Shown piece after piece: positions 27,069-40,308 of a stretch of 64,000 nucleotides of DNA. Numbering within the stretch: position 1 is the stretch's first letter; each line of letters starts with the position of its first letter. Position numbers and translations under genes: made by a program. The stretch comes from the human T2T-CHM13v2.0 reference genome, Homo sapiens. The stretch lies in the NCBI GenBank assembly GCA_009914755.4, contig CP068257.2:42304001-42368000 (forward strand), written 5' to 3'. Under the pieces are notes generated by a model. That model saw only the letters and a program-made list of their open reading frames with translations. It was not told the DNA's origin and did no database searches.

Positions 27069-27692
27069 CAACGAGACTCAGCTTTCACTTCTGATGGGGT
27101 GAGGATCCATAGGTGGAATCCTCATACACCAAAGCTTTGGGTTCCTCAGTTCCTAGACAGAAGTGTGAGGCGCGTGACCCTAGAGCGTGGAGACCTGCCT
27201 GGCTGTGGAAACCTCACCCATGGGCCCCGCAGCTCAAGCCTGGTCTTTCCTGCTCTGAGGTGCGTCGTCGCCCCCTCCTGGGCGCTGGGAGCACTGCGGT
27301 TGCCCGTGGACAGCAGGTTCCTACCTGTGTATCTTAATTTTGGGTTTTTTTTGTTTGTTTGTTTTCGTTTTTGTTTTTGGCTTACAACGCAGCGATTTGC
27401 TTCTCCCTCATAAAGGTCCACGATGAGCCCAGACAGTGCTCGGGGCAGCCCAGCTGTCCCCACCTGGTGGCACGGGGCCGCCCTTCCTTAGCAAAGTGAT
27501 TCTCTGACGGCCGTCGCAGGGAAGAGGCAGCATTGAGCACCCGCTGTTAAGATGCTCCCTTACGGAAGCGACTTGTGGGAGGCAGGGATGTGTGTTTTTC
27601 TTTTCCTTTTTTTTTTTTTTAAGAGAAAACCACATTTTATTTTTGTTAATGTTGAAGTTAATTTTCAATAAAATTTTATAGAAAATGATTTT

Positions 27693-28120
27693 TATTTTTT
27701 TTTTTTGAGACGGAGTCTCGCTCTGTCACCCAGGCTGGAGTGCAGTGGTGCAATTTCATCTCACTGCAACCTCCGCCTTCTGGTTCTAGCAATTCTCCTG
27801 TCTCAGCCTCTCGAGTAGCTGGGATTACAGGCGCATTCCACCATGTCTGGCTAATTTTTGTAGTCTTAGTAGAGATGGGGTTTCACCATGTTGGTCAGGC
27901 TGGTCTCGAACTCCTGAGCTCGTGATCTGCCTGCCTTGGCCTCTCGAGTAGCTGGGATTACAGGCACATTCCACCACATCTGGCTAATTTTTGTAGTCTT
28001 AGTAGAGATGGGGTTTCACCATGTTGGTCAGGCTGGTCTTGAACTCCTGGCCTCGTGGTCTGCCTGCCCCTCGGCTTCCCGAAGTGCTGGGATTACAGGC
28101 ATGAGCCACTGTGCCCGGCT
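27693..28120 (-). mobile_element. Alu (reverse) carrying an internal ~125-bp tandem duplication
   Basis: Segment ctcgagtagctgggattacaggc.cattccacca…ggtttcaccatgttggtcaggctggtct.gaactcctg.gcctcgtg.tctgcctgcc occurs twice consecutively (~27819-27942 and ~27943-28060). Confidence 0.85.
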
Positions 28121-29216
28121 GAAAATGAATTTAATTTTAATCAGTTTGACTGTAAGGCAAGATTTTATGAATTTCGTATAACTTTCATAATTGTTTTGAA
28201 TGAAAGAGTACATTCACGTTCTAAGAAAACTCTTCAGACACATGAGCCAAATTTTGTTCTTATATCAGTGTTTTTAATTTTATTGCTTAATTTATATAAA
28301 CAACCTGTTTATATAAATTAATAGCCTGAATAGCCTGTTTTGAATAGTAGCCAACTTGTTCAGATATGTGTTTTTCTTAACTGCCCAGAGGGAAGGGAGA
28401 ACTGGGCACCAGTGAAAACAGGTCACGCCTACCTGACGTCTTGCCGTGTGGCTCAGTGACGGGCGCTGTGGACGTGGCAGCCCCTGAATCCCAGCTCCCG
28501 TACACACAGTATCACTGCTGCCTTAGTCACCACCGTCATCCTAGCTGGCAAACTTGGTGTTCTTATTAAATTGTAAAAGTATTTAAAAGATTTTAATATA
28601 TCATATGTGAGCGGCTTACCCTGTGTACTTACTCAAATTCCAACTGACTTTTAAAATAAGAGCTGTAACATGTTACTCATTTAAAATTTTCCGATTAGAT
28701 TTGTCCAATTAGGTAATTTGTAATTACCCTGCTTATCTTACCAAGTAGAGGTGTCAACTTGTGGGCTGCTAATCCATTTGGTAGATTAGCACTTAATCTT
28801 GGTAGATTTAGTATGTAAATAAATGAGTGTCCAGACAGAAATCAGCTATTTCATAATGGAGATGAAAATGCCTACATTTTTAATACTTTTCATATTTGAA
28901 GCAAGTGGATTTCATTTGTGAAATAATCTTTGCCTAATGAAAGACACTCTCAGTCATGACTGTCTCTGAAGAATGAACATATTAAGAAAGACCAGAACTC
29001 TCGGGAGCGCACACATGACCACCCTTCTCATGGGACCAGGGGCGTGGCCTGCCCGGTTAAATCACTCGTGGGCACCCTGGGGGTTAATGCTGCCGCCACC
29101 CTGCACAGAAGGCCACATCCTGGCCTCTCGCCGCCATGCCACGCTGACTGTGTACTCAGGGCGGATGCCTGAGGAGAAGCTCATTTAATGTTTGTTTTTA
29201 GAAATTGAGAGTGAGA

Positions 29217-29611
<395 letters not shown>

Positions 29612-29666
29612 CTAGTGTGAGGTCATGTGGTGATTCACCCTACCTTGAATCTTCTTCATAAAACAG

Positions 29667-29742
29667 GAGATTTCCTCTGGAAGACATCCCGCTGGATGAA
29701 AAGGAAGCAGCTCAGTGGCTTCATAAACTGTACCAGGAGAAG
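29667..29742 (+). CDS. AGPAT3: AGPAT3 coding exon 6 (.RFPLEDIPLDEKEAAQWLHKLYQEK)
   Basis: Acceptor aaaacag; donor AAG|gtaagc. Confidence 0.95.
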
Positions 29743-29876
29743 GTAAGCAGGCTCTGCTCCCGCTCAGGGTCCCGGTCTCCTGAAGAGGCTGTGGAAGGGG
29801 TGCTGGCGAGCAGGCAGGTGACACGTGGGAACTCCGTGGGAGACAGGAGTGCCACCCAGGTCCTAAATACTCCTGA

Positions 29877-30245
<369 letters not shown>

Positions 30246-30636
30246 TGAGAAATTAACAAACTACAGACAAGTATGAAGGGTAACATGATGCCTGTATAAT
30301 TATGGCTGGTAACATTTGGTCACATTTGTTTCATTTTCTTAAAAGACATTACAGGTATGTAACAGACATAGATGGTCACTAGACTCCTTGTATAACAGAA
30401 ACAAATTAGGGATGTTAGAGCATTGCTTTGAAAACCACACTCAGTTCTTATTTCTTTCCCCCACGGCTTACTCAGCCCAAGAACTACTTTCTCTTTGTTT
30501 TATACGCACAAATGCATGGGGCATTCGATTTCCACTGTCGGCCTTGTGGGAGAGGAGATAACCAGGAAATCCTCCCAGGATGTAAAAAATATCATCGTAA
30601 ATGCATTGATGGGCTCTCAAGAAAATAAGGGAAATC

Positions 30637-30967
30637 GGTCGGGTGCTGTGGCTCATGCCTGTAATCCCAGCACTTTGGGAGGCCGAGGTGGGCAGATCAC
30701 CTGAGGTCAGGAGTTCAAGACCAGCCTGACCAACATGGGTGAAACCCCGTCTCTACTAAAAATACAAAAAATTAGCTGGGCCTGGTGGCGCATGCCTGTA
30801 ATCCCAGTTACTGGGGAGGCTGAGGCAGGAGAATCGCTTGAACCCAGGAGGTGGGGGTTGCAGGAGCCAGGATCGCCCCATTGCACTGCAGCCTGGGCAA
30901 CAGAGTGAGACTCCAACTCAAAAAAAAAAAAAAAAAAGAAAGAAAAAAAAAGAAAGAAAAAAAAAAA
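30637..30967 (+). mobile_element. Alu with target-site duplication aagggaaatc
   Basis: ggtcgggtgctgtggctcatgcctgtaatcc…; long A/GAAA tail; flank repeated at 30628 and 30968. Confidence 0.9.
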
Positions 30968-31619
30968 GGGAAATCTCCAGGACTGAAAAGGGAGGTGGGG
31001 CTGAGACTCGGTCCTGGGCCTGGGAGCCAGCAGCACCATGCCCACCTGGTGCTTTCTGCCTGCCCCATCCCCTGAAGTCTCGTGCTGTGATGCCTACATG
31101 GAAACAGAAGATAAAGATTTCCCCTCATTCAAGGCGGGACGTTAGAACCAAAAACCCCACATGATGCTGGGACCCTCTAAGAATTGGACCCTCAGGAAGG
31201 TTAAACTGGAAAAGAAAATTACCTCCCAGCACAGAGAAATGGCCTTGAAACCTGCCTTTCTCCTCTTGGGCTCAAGAAAGTCTTCCTGGGAATTCATAAT
31301 TACAGGCCTGTCCTCCAACAGGCTTGAAGTTTGAATTTATACAAACAACATAGTTCAAGAAGCACACAGCCAAAATGTGTGTGCCAGGACACTCGGGGAC
31401 ATTCCGGAGGCAGGGAGCTGGGTGCTCAGGGGTGGCCAGGACACGATGACACCTGCCTTTGCACGGACACAGTGTGTGGCTGGCAGGGGGCACCCCAACC
31501 CCAGTTTCCAGCAGGAAGCTGAGAACCATGAAGAGATCAAAGAGATCAACTAGAAAAAATATCTTGAAGCCAGTGAGCTCAGTGATAACAGTCTCCAACC
31601 ATCTTTAAAAGAGAGCGGG

Positions 31620-31962
<343 letters not shown>

Positions 31963-32609
31963 CTAGAGTCCCACGGGCTGCCCCGCCCACGGGCAGTGGC
32001 TGCGGAGTGTCTGCTCTATCAGGCATGGTGATTTCCTGCCAGCCTGTGCCTTTGACATTCCCACCAGAGGCAGAACCTTCTGCAGGTGGCCCTGGCCAGG
32101 CTCCTCTCTCCTCCCAGCTCCTCATTAGCCTCCTTTGCCAGGCTAGGAAACCGAGGTATGCGAGGTTAAGGAACTTTCCTTGGGCCGTGCAGCTGAGAGT
32201 GCGCTTTGCAGGGATTTGCATCCAGGCCGCGGGACTCACACAGGCCACACCTGCCACCCCCACTGCCTCTGGCTCGTGGGAGGTGTGGGATGTGGCGGGT
32301 GGCCGGGGCAGTGCTGGGCAGGCAGGTGTTGGTATTCACAACGTTGCTTTCTTGACCGATTATTTTCCTGGGAGACTTCCTCAGTCAAAGGGTTGATATG
32401 CTTGCGAGCTCTCGATGCACGCTATCAGATTCTCCAAAAACGTACAGCCAGCTTCGCCTGCACCTGCAGCTTCTGTGATTTGTGCTCTTAATTGACGTGG
32501 CGCTTTTTTTAGGTTGAGTCGTTTTTCATTGCCAACAATCTTCTCCTGCATTGAAATAATAGCTTGTAAAGAAGCCTCACGCTTCCTTTTTCTCTGTTGA
32601 CTCTTCTAG

Positions 32610-32808
32610 GACGCGCTCCAGGAGATATATAATCAGAAGGGCATGTTTCCAGGGGAGCAGTTTAAGCCTGCCCGGAGGCCGTGGACCCTCCTGAACTTCC
32701 TGTCCTGGGCCACCATTCTCCTGTCTCCCCTCTTCAGTTTTGTCTTGGGCGTCTTTGCCAGCGGATCACCTCTCCTGATCCTGACTTTCTTGGGGTTTGT
32801 GGGAGCAG
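32610..32808 (+). CDS. AGPAT3: AGPAT3 coding exon 7 (DALQEIYNQKGMFPGEQFKPARRPWTLLNFLSWATILLSPLFSFVLGVFASGSPLLILTFLGFVGA.)
   Basis: Acceptor ctcttctag; C-terminal hydrophobic segment; donor G|gtaatg. Confidence 0.95.
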
Positions 32809-33924
32809 GTAATGGACACTGTCGCTAACAGCTCACACTCTGACGGGCCTCACAGTATCAGCCACAGGGTCCGGGACCTGGTGACTCATCACAGTGGCTG
32901 TGGGAGGCAGGGGCCTGGCTGTTATGGACCCTGGAGCCAGGATCCCCCCACGGCCTGCGGGCCTCAGAGCCTGGATTCTTGCACTGAGCTGAGGGTCGCC
33001 TCCCCAGAGAGCCGAACGGCCGCCACCTGGCGCCATCCCCACTGCAGCCCCACTGGCTGGCGCCCTTGAGGATGCCGACGAGAGGGTCCCCGAGAGGGTC
33101 CCCAGCCCCCCTGTCTGCTTTTGGGCTCTTAGGGGTCAGGCTGGGCTGGCCATTCGGGAGGTTTAAGCAGGACATCATCATTCAGCTCCTCCCCATTGAC
33201 CCCCAGTGACTTCCCCACTGTGTGCCCACCCCAGGCACAATGCCAGGCCCACCACGACTCATCAGCTAGCCTGGGGCCGAACAGACACCCAGCCTGTCCC
33301 TGTGGTGAGCTCCGGCGCCCACCCACACCCCGTAATTGAGGGGTCTCTGTCCGTGGAGACACAGTCCGTGTGCATCGCCCCGTGAGCCGACTCCCCAGGC
33401 CCAGCAGCTGGGCCAGCTCCTCCCCTGCTCCTGCCGCCCCTGCCAGGGGCCTTGGTGGGAGGGGTCCTGAGAGGCAGTGACTGCCACCAGCCTCTCCCAT
33501 TGGACTACGAGATGACTTGAGGCCACCCACAGAGGACAGGATGTGACCTGCTTACATCCGAGGGTCCTGCTCGTCCACCTCTGTCACCTGTTGGGTTTGC
33601 AAGGCCGAGCTGTTAGAATGCCCCGAAGCCCTTCTGCTCCCACCAGCCAAAGACCCAGAGGGGCAGGCAGGGCAAGGTCCACGTGTCCACCTGCCTCGGA
33701 CCCAGCCGGTCAGAAGACGTGCCCCTCACCCCTGCCTGAGCAGACCACGGTCTGAGAGGGCTGTCTCCCCGCGGGCCACACCTACTCACTGACAGCAGAG
33801 GCCACTGGGTGCGGGGCAGAGGGACAGGGTCTGGGGCAGAGGAAGGAAGCCCCAGTAACACGTTTTACAGCAAAAAGGCAAAGTCATCCGTCTCACCTCT
33901 TCTCTCTCTCTCCTGTCTTGAAAG

Positions 33925-34013
33925 CTTCCTTTGGAGTTCGCAGACTGATAGGAGTAACTGAGATAGAAAAAGGCTCCAGCTACGGAAACCAAGAGTTTAA
34001 GAAAAAGGAATAA
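33925..34013 (+). CDS. AGPAT3: AGPAT3 coding exon 8 (.SFGVRRLIGVTEIEKGSSYGNQEFKKKE*), stop TAA at 34011-34013
   Basis: Acceptor tcttgaaag; total joined CDS = 376 codons with all intron phases consistent. Confidence 0.95.
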
Positions 34014-34194
34014 TTAATGGCTGTGACTGAACACACGCGGCCCTGACGGTGGTATCCAGTTAACTCAAAACCAACACACAGAGTGCAGGAAAAGACAATT
34101 AGAAACTATTTTTCTTATTAACTGGTGACTAATATTAACAAAACTTGAGCCAAGAGTAAAGAATTCAGAAGGCCTGTCAGGTGAAGTCTTCAGC

Positions 34195-34640
34195 CTCCCA
34201 CAGCGCAGGGTCCCAGCATCTCCACGCGCGCCCGTGGGAGGTGGGTCCGGCCGGAGAGGCCTCCCGCGGACGCCGTCTCTCCAGAACTCCGCTTCCAAGA
34301 GGGAGCCTTTGGCTGCTTTCTCTCCTTAAACTTAGATCAAATTTTTTGGTTTTTAATCAGTTATCTTGGGAACTTAACCTGGCCCCTCACCTCTTCTGCA
34401 CCCCCCGCCCCCGAAACTGTCTCGTAATGAATTTCTGCTGTCCTCCTGGGAGTGGACGGCCGGGTCCCGTCCCCCGGGAGCATCGCTCGGCTCAGCACCT
34501 TGGCTCCCAGTGGGGGCCCCGTGGAGGGCGCCCGTAGTGATAAGCACACCGGCACGAACGTCAGGTCCATTCCTCGAAGTCGGAGCCCTCACTCTGCCCT
34601 GTCCTGGGGCTGGCTGAGGGCGAACGCCCCACCTCACTTT
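34195..34640. promoter_or_regulatory. CpG-rich patch (about 25 CpGs in ~450 bp) inside the 3'UTR region
   Basis: cgcgcgcccg, ccggccgg, cgcggacgccg, acggccggg, ccggcacgaacgtc, tcgaagtcgg visible; surrounded by CpG-poor sequence. Confidence 0.5.
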
Positions 34641-36274
34641 CTAGAGCCCTGTCTGTCCTAGCTCCTATCTGACCTTGTGTGTAAATACGTACATCTGTTT
34701 TTAAAGTGGATGGGCCCCTGAGAACTCAGTGAAATGCAGAGTTCTCCATGCACCTAAAGCTCCTTTGTCGCTCTCATGGCTGTCAGATCCTGGTCCCTCC
34801 ACACTGGGTGCTGGGGAGGGAGGACCCTCGGGGCTACCGCGCGCCCCCCCATCCCACAGATCAGGAGCCAAGGAGGGAGAACAGGGCAGCCTGTGGGACT
34901 CTAGGATGCTTCAGAAGAAGCGACGGCACCGTCAACCCTCTGTTTTTTAAAGGTGGTTGGAGACTGTTAACACTGAGCTCATTGACTTCTAGAGATTTTA
35001 TTTTTACTGGTTGATCTCTTGGTGGTTTTCAACTTCCTGCTGGAAACTAGAGGTGGGGCACCCCCCACCCCCCAGCCTCGCACTGTGTCCTTGGGGAAGG
35101 CCCGCCCCCATCCTGGCCGGTGTCACTGTGGCCCGGCCACCCCTGAGCGCCCAGCTCCCTACCTCCTGGACGTCTCTGAGAGTCCAGGCAGAGCAGAGGG
35201 CAGCGCTCGGCCGGTCATGCTGGCTCCCTTGGCCTTGCAGCGAGCCCCTGGCCCACGCCGAGCGAGGGATGCTTCTCCCTACAGCATGTCCACTCCCCCG
35301 GCATGGCCAGGTGGGGCCCCTGGGGCAATGGCAGTGGTAGAACGCTCAACTTGGTTGCGGTACCATCAGCCCACCTGCATTTGGCTTTCGACTTGCTTGT
35401 TCTAAGTCACAGCGCCCTCATCTTTTTAGCAAGGTAAAAAAACCAAAATGGGTGTTATCTCTGATATCTTGAAACCAGCGTTCTGAATAGAGGTAGGTTG
35501 AGTTTTCTAGGGGAAAACAAATGGAGAAAAGAGGCATGAAGAAAAGTAAACCGAGAACATAATTAGGCATCGGGCCTAAGTGTCCTGGGGAGATTGGAGG
35601 GGACGGCAGCGTTCTGCATGATGGAGGCGCTGCCGGGCCCCGGGTCTGTGGGGGCCGTGCTCTCAGGGCGTGTGCGGGACGCCACCTGTGCACACCTGCT
35701 CAGAGCACGGCTCCTCGCAGGGGTGAAGGGGCAGACCAACGAAACCAGATGAGACCAACGACACCATGCGAGACACGCTTGCAGACACTGTTGTTTTGGA
35801 AATGTGCTTCCCTCCATCTGAAATCTCATCCCTCCACCCGCCCACTCGGGCAGCTGTGCCGTGGGCAGGGCATGCGCTCCCCTGGCTGAGCACCCCAGAG
35901 ATTCTCCTGCACCTTCCTCATGCCGCACGCTGCTCATCCGTCTCCATGTGTGTTTAGATCCATGCCATTCACTGACTCACTAACACCTGCAAAATCTTTA
36001 AGGAAAAAAGCTGAAGGGTACGACCATGCACATATGTGACCTGGAAAATGCAAATTTAGATCTTTTATGATTTAATTATTATTGTTTCCCATAGAAGTTC
36101 CCTCCCTTTGAAATTAATATATAATGTATAAATTCTGCACTGAGCCATGGCGGAGCTGGGCAGCCCCTAGGTTAGAGTGGAGACGGAGGCCCAGGCGCAG
36201 GGGTCACACCTCATCTGGTTTCCTTCCCATCTCACAGCTTAGCTTGTGCTTCTCAACACCAAGTCTTTAAGAGC

Positions 36275-36280
36275 AATAAA
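36275..36280 (+). terminator. AGPAT3: Candidate proximal poly(A) signal AATAAA with a downstream U-rich element (T12 at 36303-36314)
   Basis: gagcAATAAAaactacaccatgaatgtttgaatttttttttttt. Confidence 0.35.
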
Positions 36281-38703
36281 AACTACACCATGAATGTTTG
36301 AATTTTTTTTTTTTGGGGGGGGGAGGGTGGATTTTGCTTTTCATCCAGAAGGAAAAGGGGAGGAGAGCTCCTTTACATTTTTTAAATTAAATTCATAAAT
36401 CCCAGAACAGTCTTTTTTTTTTCTTTTTCCTTTACACCCTACTTCTGAGCTTAATTCAGTTGATGTTATGTCCAAATTCAGGCTGAGTGCTCAGGCTGAA
36501 GCAACTCTGTAGCCCACAGTCCGTGCTGGCCACTGTCGGGGTGAGGCACATTCTAGGCCTGGCATCGCTGATGCCCTCTGCACCCAGTCCTTGAGCCAGG
36601 CCGAGGACAGGAAGGGCATTGCTGGCCTGTAGCTCCTGTTACCCACCCAGAGCCAGGCGCCACACTGGAGGCTCCCAGGCGGGAGGGCCCAGGCCCACCC
36701 ACGGGCGTCTGGCCGGTCAAGCTCCCAGCCTGGGCCGTGGTCTCCTGGGGACGCCGCTGGCCTCCCAGCTTAGGCCCAGGTGCCAGGTGTCATGGGGTCT
36801 CCTGCCCATCTTCCCAAGGATGCCATTGCTGTCTTCATCGTCTTCCCCCGTGTGAGACACTGGTTGTCTGGTACTCGGCGACAGTGTACCAGACGCGCAC
36901 CCTATGTGAGGTGCTTTAAGGTCCCTGTCCTCAGGAAGCGCAGTCTGGTGGAAGAGATGAGCGCTGAACAAATCACTAAATAACACAAAACAACAATGTA
37001 AGCAGCACTTTCTTGTGTAAAAAAAAAAAAAAAGCACGTCCTGTCGATGAATTTTGAGTCTCTCTGCCTTGCCTGTCCCGACTCCCTTTCGCGCACCGTG
37101 GCATGAGAATCTTTCCTCACGCTGTTCGTTGCGGTATTGCTGAGCATTGATGTTGATTTGAAGGAAAAGCCGTGGTTGGACCCAGCTGTGTGTTTCACTC
37201 ACGTGCAATTGAGTAGCTGTTGCCAGGCTGTCCATGCCTGTTGTGACTACCGGTTGGGGTCAGATTTGGGGTGAAGAATGAGTAAGTTTCTGCATGCTTT
37301 GTCTCTACCTGAGACACTTCTACAACAAGCCAAGTATAATCTCTCCAGCCCTGCAGATTTTCACCTGACTTGTTCAGCCCCATGCGTAGACTCCCGCTGC
37401 AGGCCTCTGGCCTGTGGCTCACTGCATGCAGCCCCTGGCGTGCAATACTAGTGCTCCACGGCGCGATGTGCTTCTAGCCCTTGCACTGCACCTAGGCTCA
37501 GGGTTCAAACGGCCAGCCCGAAAAGCCTGCCTGCCTTCTTTCTGGAAACAGCACGTCCCCGGCCGTGTGCCTGCCCCTTTCTCTACTGAGCTAGTCCCCA
37601 AACCAAAGGCAAGCCCCCTCGGGCCTCGGGGGATGGGGCCGGCCACACCCCTGACTCCGCCCTGGCTCTGCCCCATACCCCTGCCGTGGGGCCGACCTGG
37701 GGGATGCAGACATCCGGCTCCGTATTCCTGCCTATCGGGGCCAGGATGCAAAAACAATTTTTGCGTAAAAGATGTCACACTGATCTGCTGGAGTGGGGTG
37801 GACACATGAATTCAGTTTTATCATGAACACTCGCCACTGGCTGCTTGTTAATTCAGGGATAATGGTGGCATTCTTACAAACTGCTCGGGAAATAGAATGA
37901 CGGGAACACTTTTAGGGAGCCCAGGAAGTTACCAGGGACATTGGTGTCGCCGGCCCAGGCAACAGCAGCGTACGCTTTTCAAAGATCATTGAGTTGTCTT
38001 AGAATTTGAAGCTGTGTAATGACAATGTCACCTGGAGTTCGTCTCCATTTCTTAACTTTTTGTTGCACAAGTATTTGGACAGAAGTCGAACTGTGAATGA
38101 GATACTGAAATGCACTAAATTGTATTACATTAAACTGGAGTTACTTGATACAATGAAGAAATGCATCTGATCTACTTGTATTTATTGTCTCAGAATTGTA
38201 CGTTGTGACAATCAAATGTTACTTGCCTAAATGCCAGGAAATTCAACTGGCCTTTTAATCAGCAAGATCGCCAGCAAGTACTGTAACTGTAAAGGAAAAT
38301 CTCTCTCTCTGGAGAACCCACACAAACCATTGACCTGAGTGCGCATGACAGCCACTGGCTTCTTTTTCTATGATTGAAAATCTGCCATCGCTGACTGTTG
38401 GCCAGTTTCAAAGGGACCCATTGTATACAGGGTGCAAATGTATTATACGGATGTTTCCTTTTGTACACTTCATTTTTACAAGTTTTGCTACTCACAAGCT
38501 TTATGTAGTGGAGGATAGAGGTATTTTTGGTCTTTAGAAGCTTGTCGGGGTGAGGGCTGCTAACTTACACTTCAGAGGCCTGTGTCCCAAAGGCCTGGCT
38601 GCGTTTGCCGTGCTGTGCGAGGACCTGTGTACACAGGCAGGTGTGCGCCTGCCCGAGCGCGAGTAGCTCTTGTGTAGTGGTGAAATGCTGCAGGCATCTG
38701 TTT

Positions 38704-38709
38704 ATTAAA
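38704..38709 (+). terminator. AGPAT3: Candidate distal poly(A) signal ATTAAA (cleavage expected ~38725-38735)
   Basis: gcatctgtttATTAAAattgctgctgtgaaagac; the first Alu occurs only ~1.3 kb further downstream. Confidence 0.45.
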
Positions 38710-40004
38710 ATTGCTGCTGTGAAAGACAGGGATAAAATATCCACAATATAAGAGAAAGCGACTCCGTGCCTCCTTCTGTTTCTTCGTTTCCAGTCTGCAT
38801 AGATGTCTCCAAGGGGAAACCAGGGCCACCAGGCACTCCTGTCCCATGGGGCCACCCACCTTCAGAGCCCACTCCCACGGGCTCTGTTTCCTTGGAGGCC
38901 ATCCTGCCGATGGCACTTTTCAAGGCCCTCCCTTCCCTACGAGTTGCTTTCTGGGAGGGGAAATTGAAAAGGAGAGCGGTCACCTGGCAAAAACACAGGG
39001 GAAATCAGCCAGTCCACAAAAATACGCAAAATGACCTGATGATGTCCAAAAAAGGGTTTTAAAAGCGATCAAGGACAAAAGGTTTTCCTAAGTGGCATGT
39101 ATACATCCAAAACTACTCTTTTTTTGTAAAAACATTCATCTGTGGAGAAAACCAAGGAACCCCTTTCTCTTCTTTATTAAAAAGCAAAACAAAAACTCTT
39201 GTTAGAACCAAAAGATATTCCGAGTTCTCGTTTCGTGTCTTCTAAAAATAAGCTAAGCTGAAGAGTCTGGGTGTCCACATGCTCCTGGGAATGGCCCTGG
39301 CAACCTTGGTGACATGCTCTCTGCTCCGGGGCTGCCTCCTTCCCTAATGGCATCAGTGAGGGTGACAGGTCCATGCTGGTGCTTAGCCCAGCTCCTGAGA
39401 AGCTGGGAAGGCCTGGCTCAAAGTCCTGCGTCCAGATGCCATTTATTTTTTAAAATATATCCTGAAGTCAGAGCACCCAGAATTTTGCATGATGTTCTGT
39501 TGTTTTCTCGGGAGATGAAAGTGAAGTGCCTGGTGCCACTTGGTATGGGGATGTCATGGGTGGGTCAGGCCTTGCCCTCTAACAAGAGGGACTGACTTGC
39601 CTGAACCCCACTTCGCCTGTTTGAACACAAGTGCTCACGGGCACTGGGGGGCAGCCATGCAGACCCCTTCGGACTTCATCACCCCCAGCATCACAGGCAT
39701 CTGGCTCACCCAGGAGAGGGGCCAAGGTTAACCATGAGGCCCATTGCCTGCCTTTATTGGCCCAGATCCCACCTCCGCTTCACCCAGAAGCTCAGTACGT
39801 AGGAGTCAGTCCCTGCCACCTGACATTCTGGGACATGTGAGTGTGTACACATGTGCATGCATGCACACACCATGTGTGTGGGGACCTTCATAGCCATACG
39901 CATGCACACATGTACACACGTCCCAGCACACACACGGGCACACCTGAAGAATAAGGGGCAGCGTTAGGAAGTGGGCTTGGGAAACCATCCTCTTCATGTC
40001 TCTT

Positions 40005-40308
40005 CTTGTTTGTTTGTTTGTTTTTGAGACGGAGTTTCGCTCTGTCACCCAGGCTGTGGAGTACAATGGTGTGATCTTGGATCACCGCAACCTCTGCTTC
40101 CCGGGTTCAAGCGATTCTCCTGCTTCAGCCTCCCAAGTAGCTGGGATTACAGGCACCTGCCACCATGCCCAGCTAATTATGTATTTTTGGTAGAGACAGG
40201 GTTTCTCCATGTTGGTCAGGCTGGTCTCGAACTCCTGACCTCAGGTGATCCACCTGCCTCGGCCTCCCCAAGTGCTTGGAATACAGGCGTGAGCCACCAC
40301 AGCTGGCC
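40005..40308 (-). mobile_element. Alu (reverse)
   Basis: (gttt)n tail, gagacggagtttcgctctgtcacccaggctgtggagtacaatgg…ggaatacaggcgtgagccaccacagctggcc. Confidence 0.9.

Larger units (their letters stand above)
34014..38730 (+). other. AGPAT3: AGPAT3 3'UTR (extent inferred; Alu-free, ends near ATTAAA at 38704)
   Basis: No SINE/LINE between ~31.9 and 40.0 kb; a classic UTR-end context ...gtttATTAAAattgctgctgtg; the distance from this point to the downstream CpG island is consistent with what I recall of the local gene spacing. Confidence 0.5.

Noticed and set aside
26537-27088. 183-aa and 164-aa minus-strand His/Thr-rich ORFs
   Set aside because: Translation of the second GT-rich minisatellite
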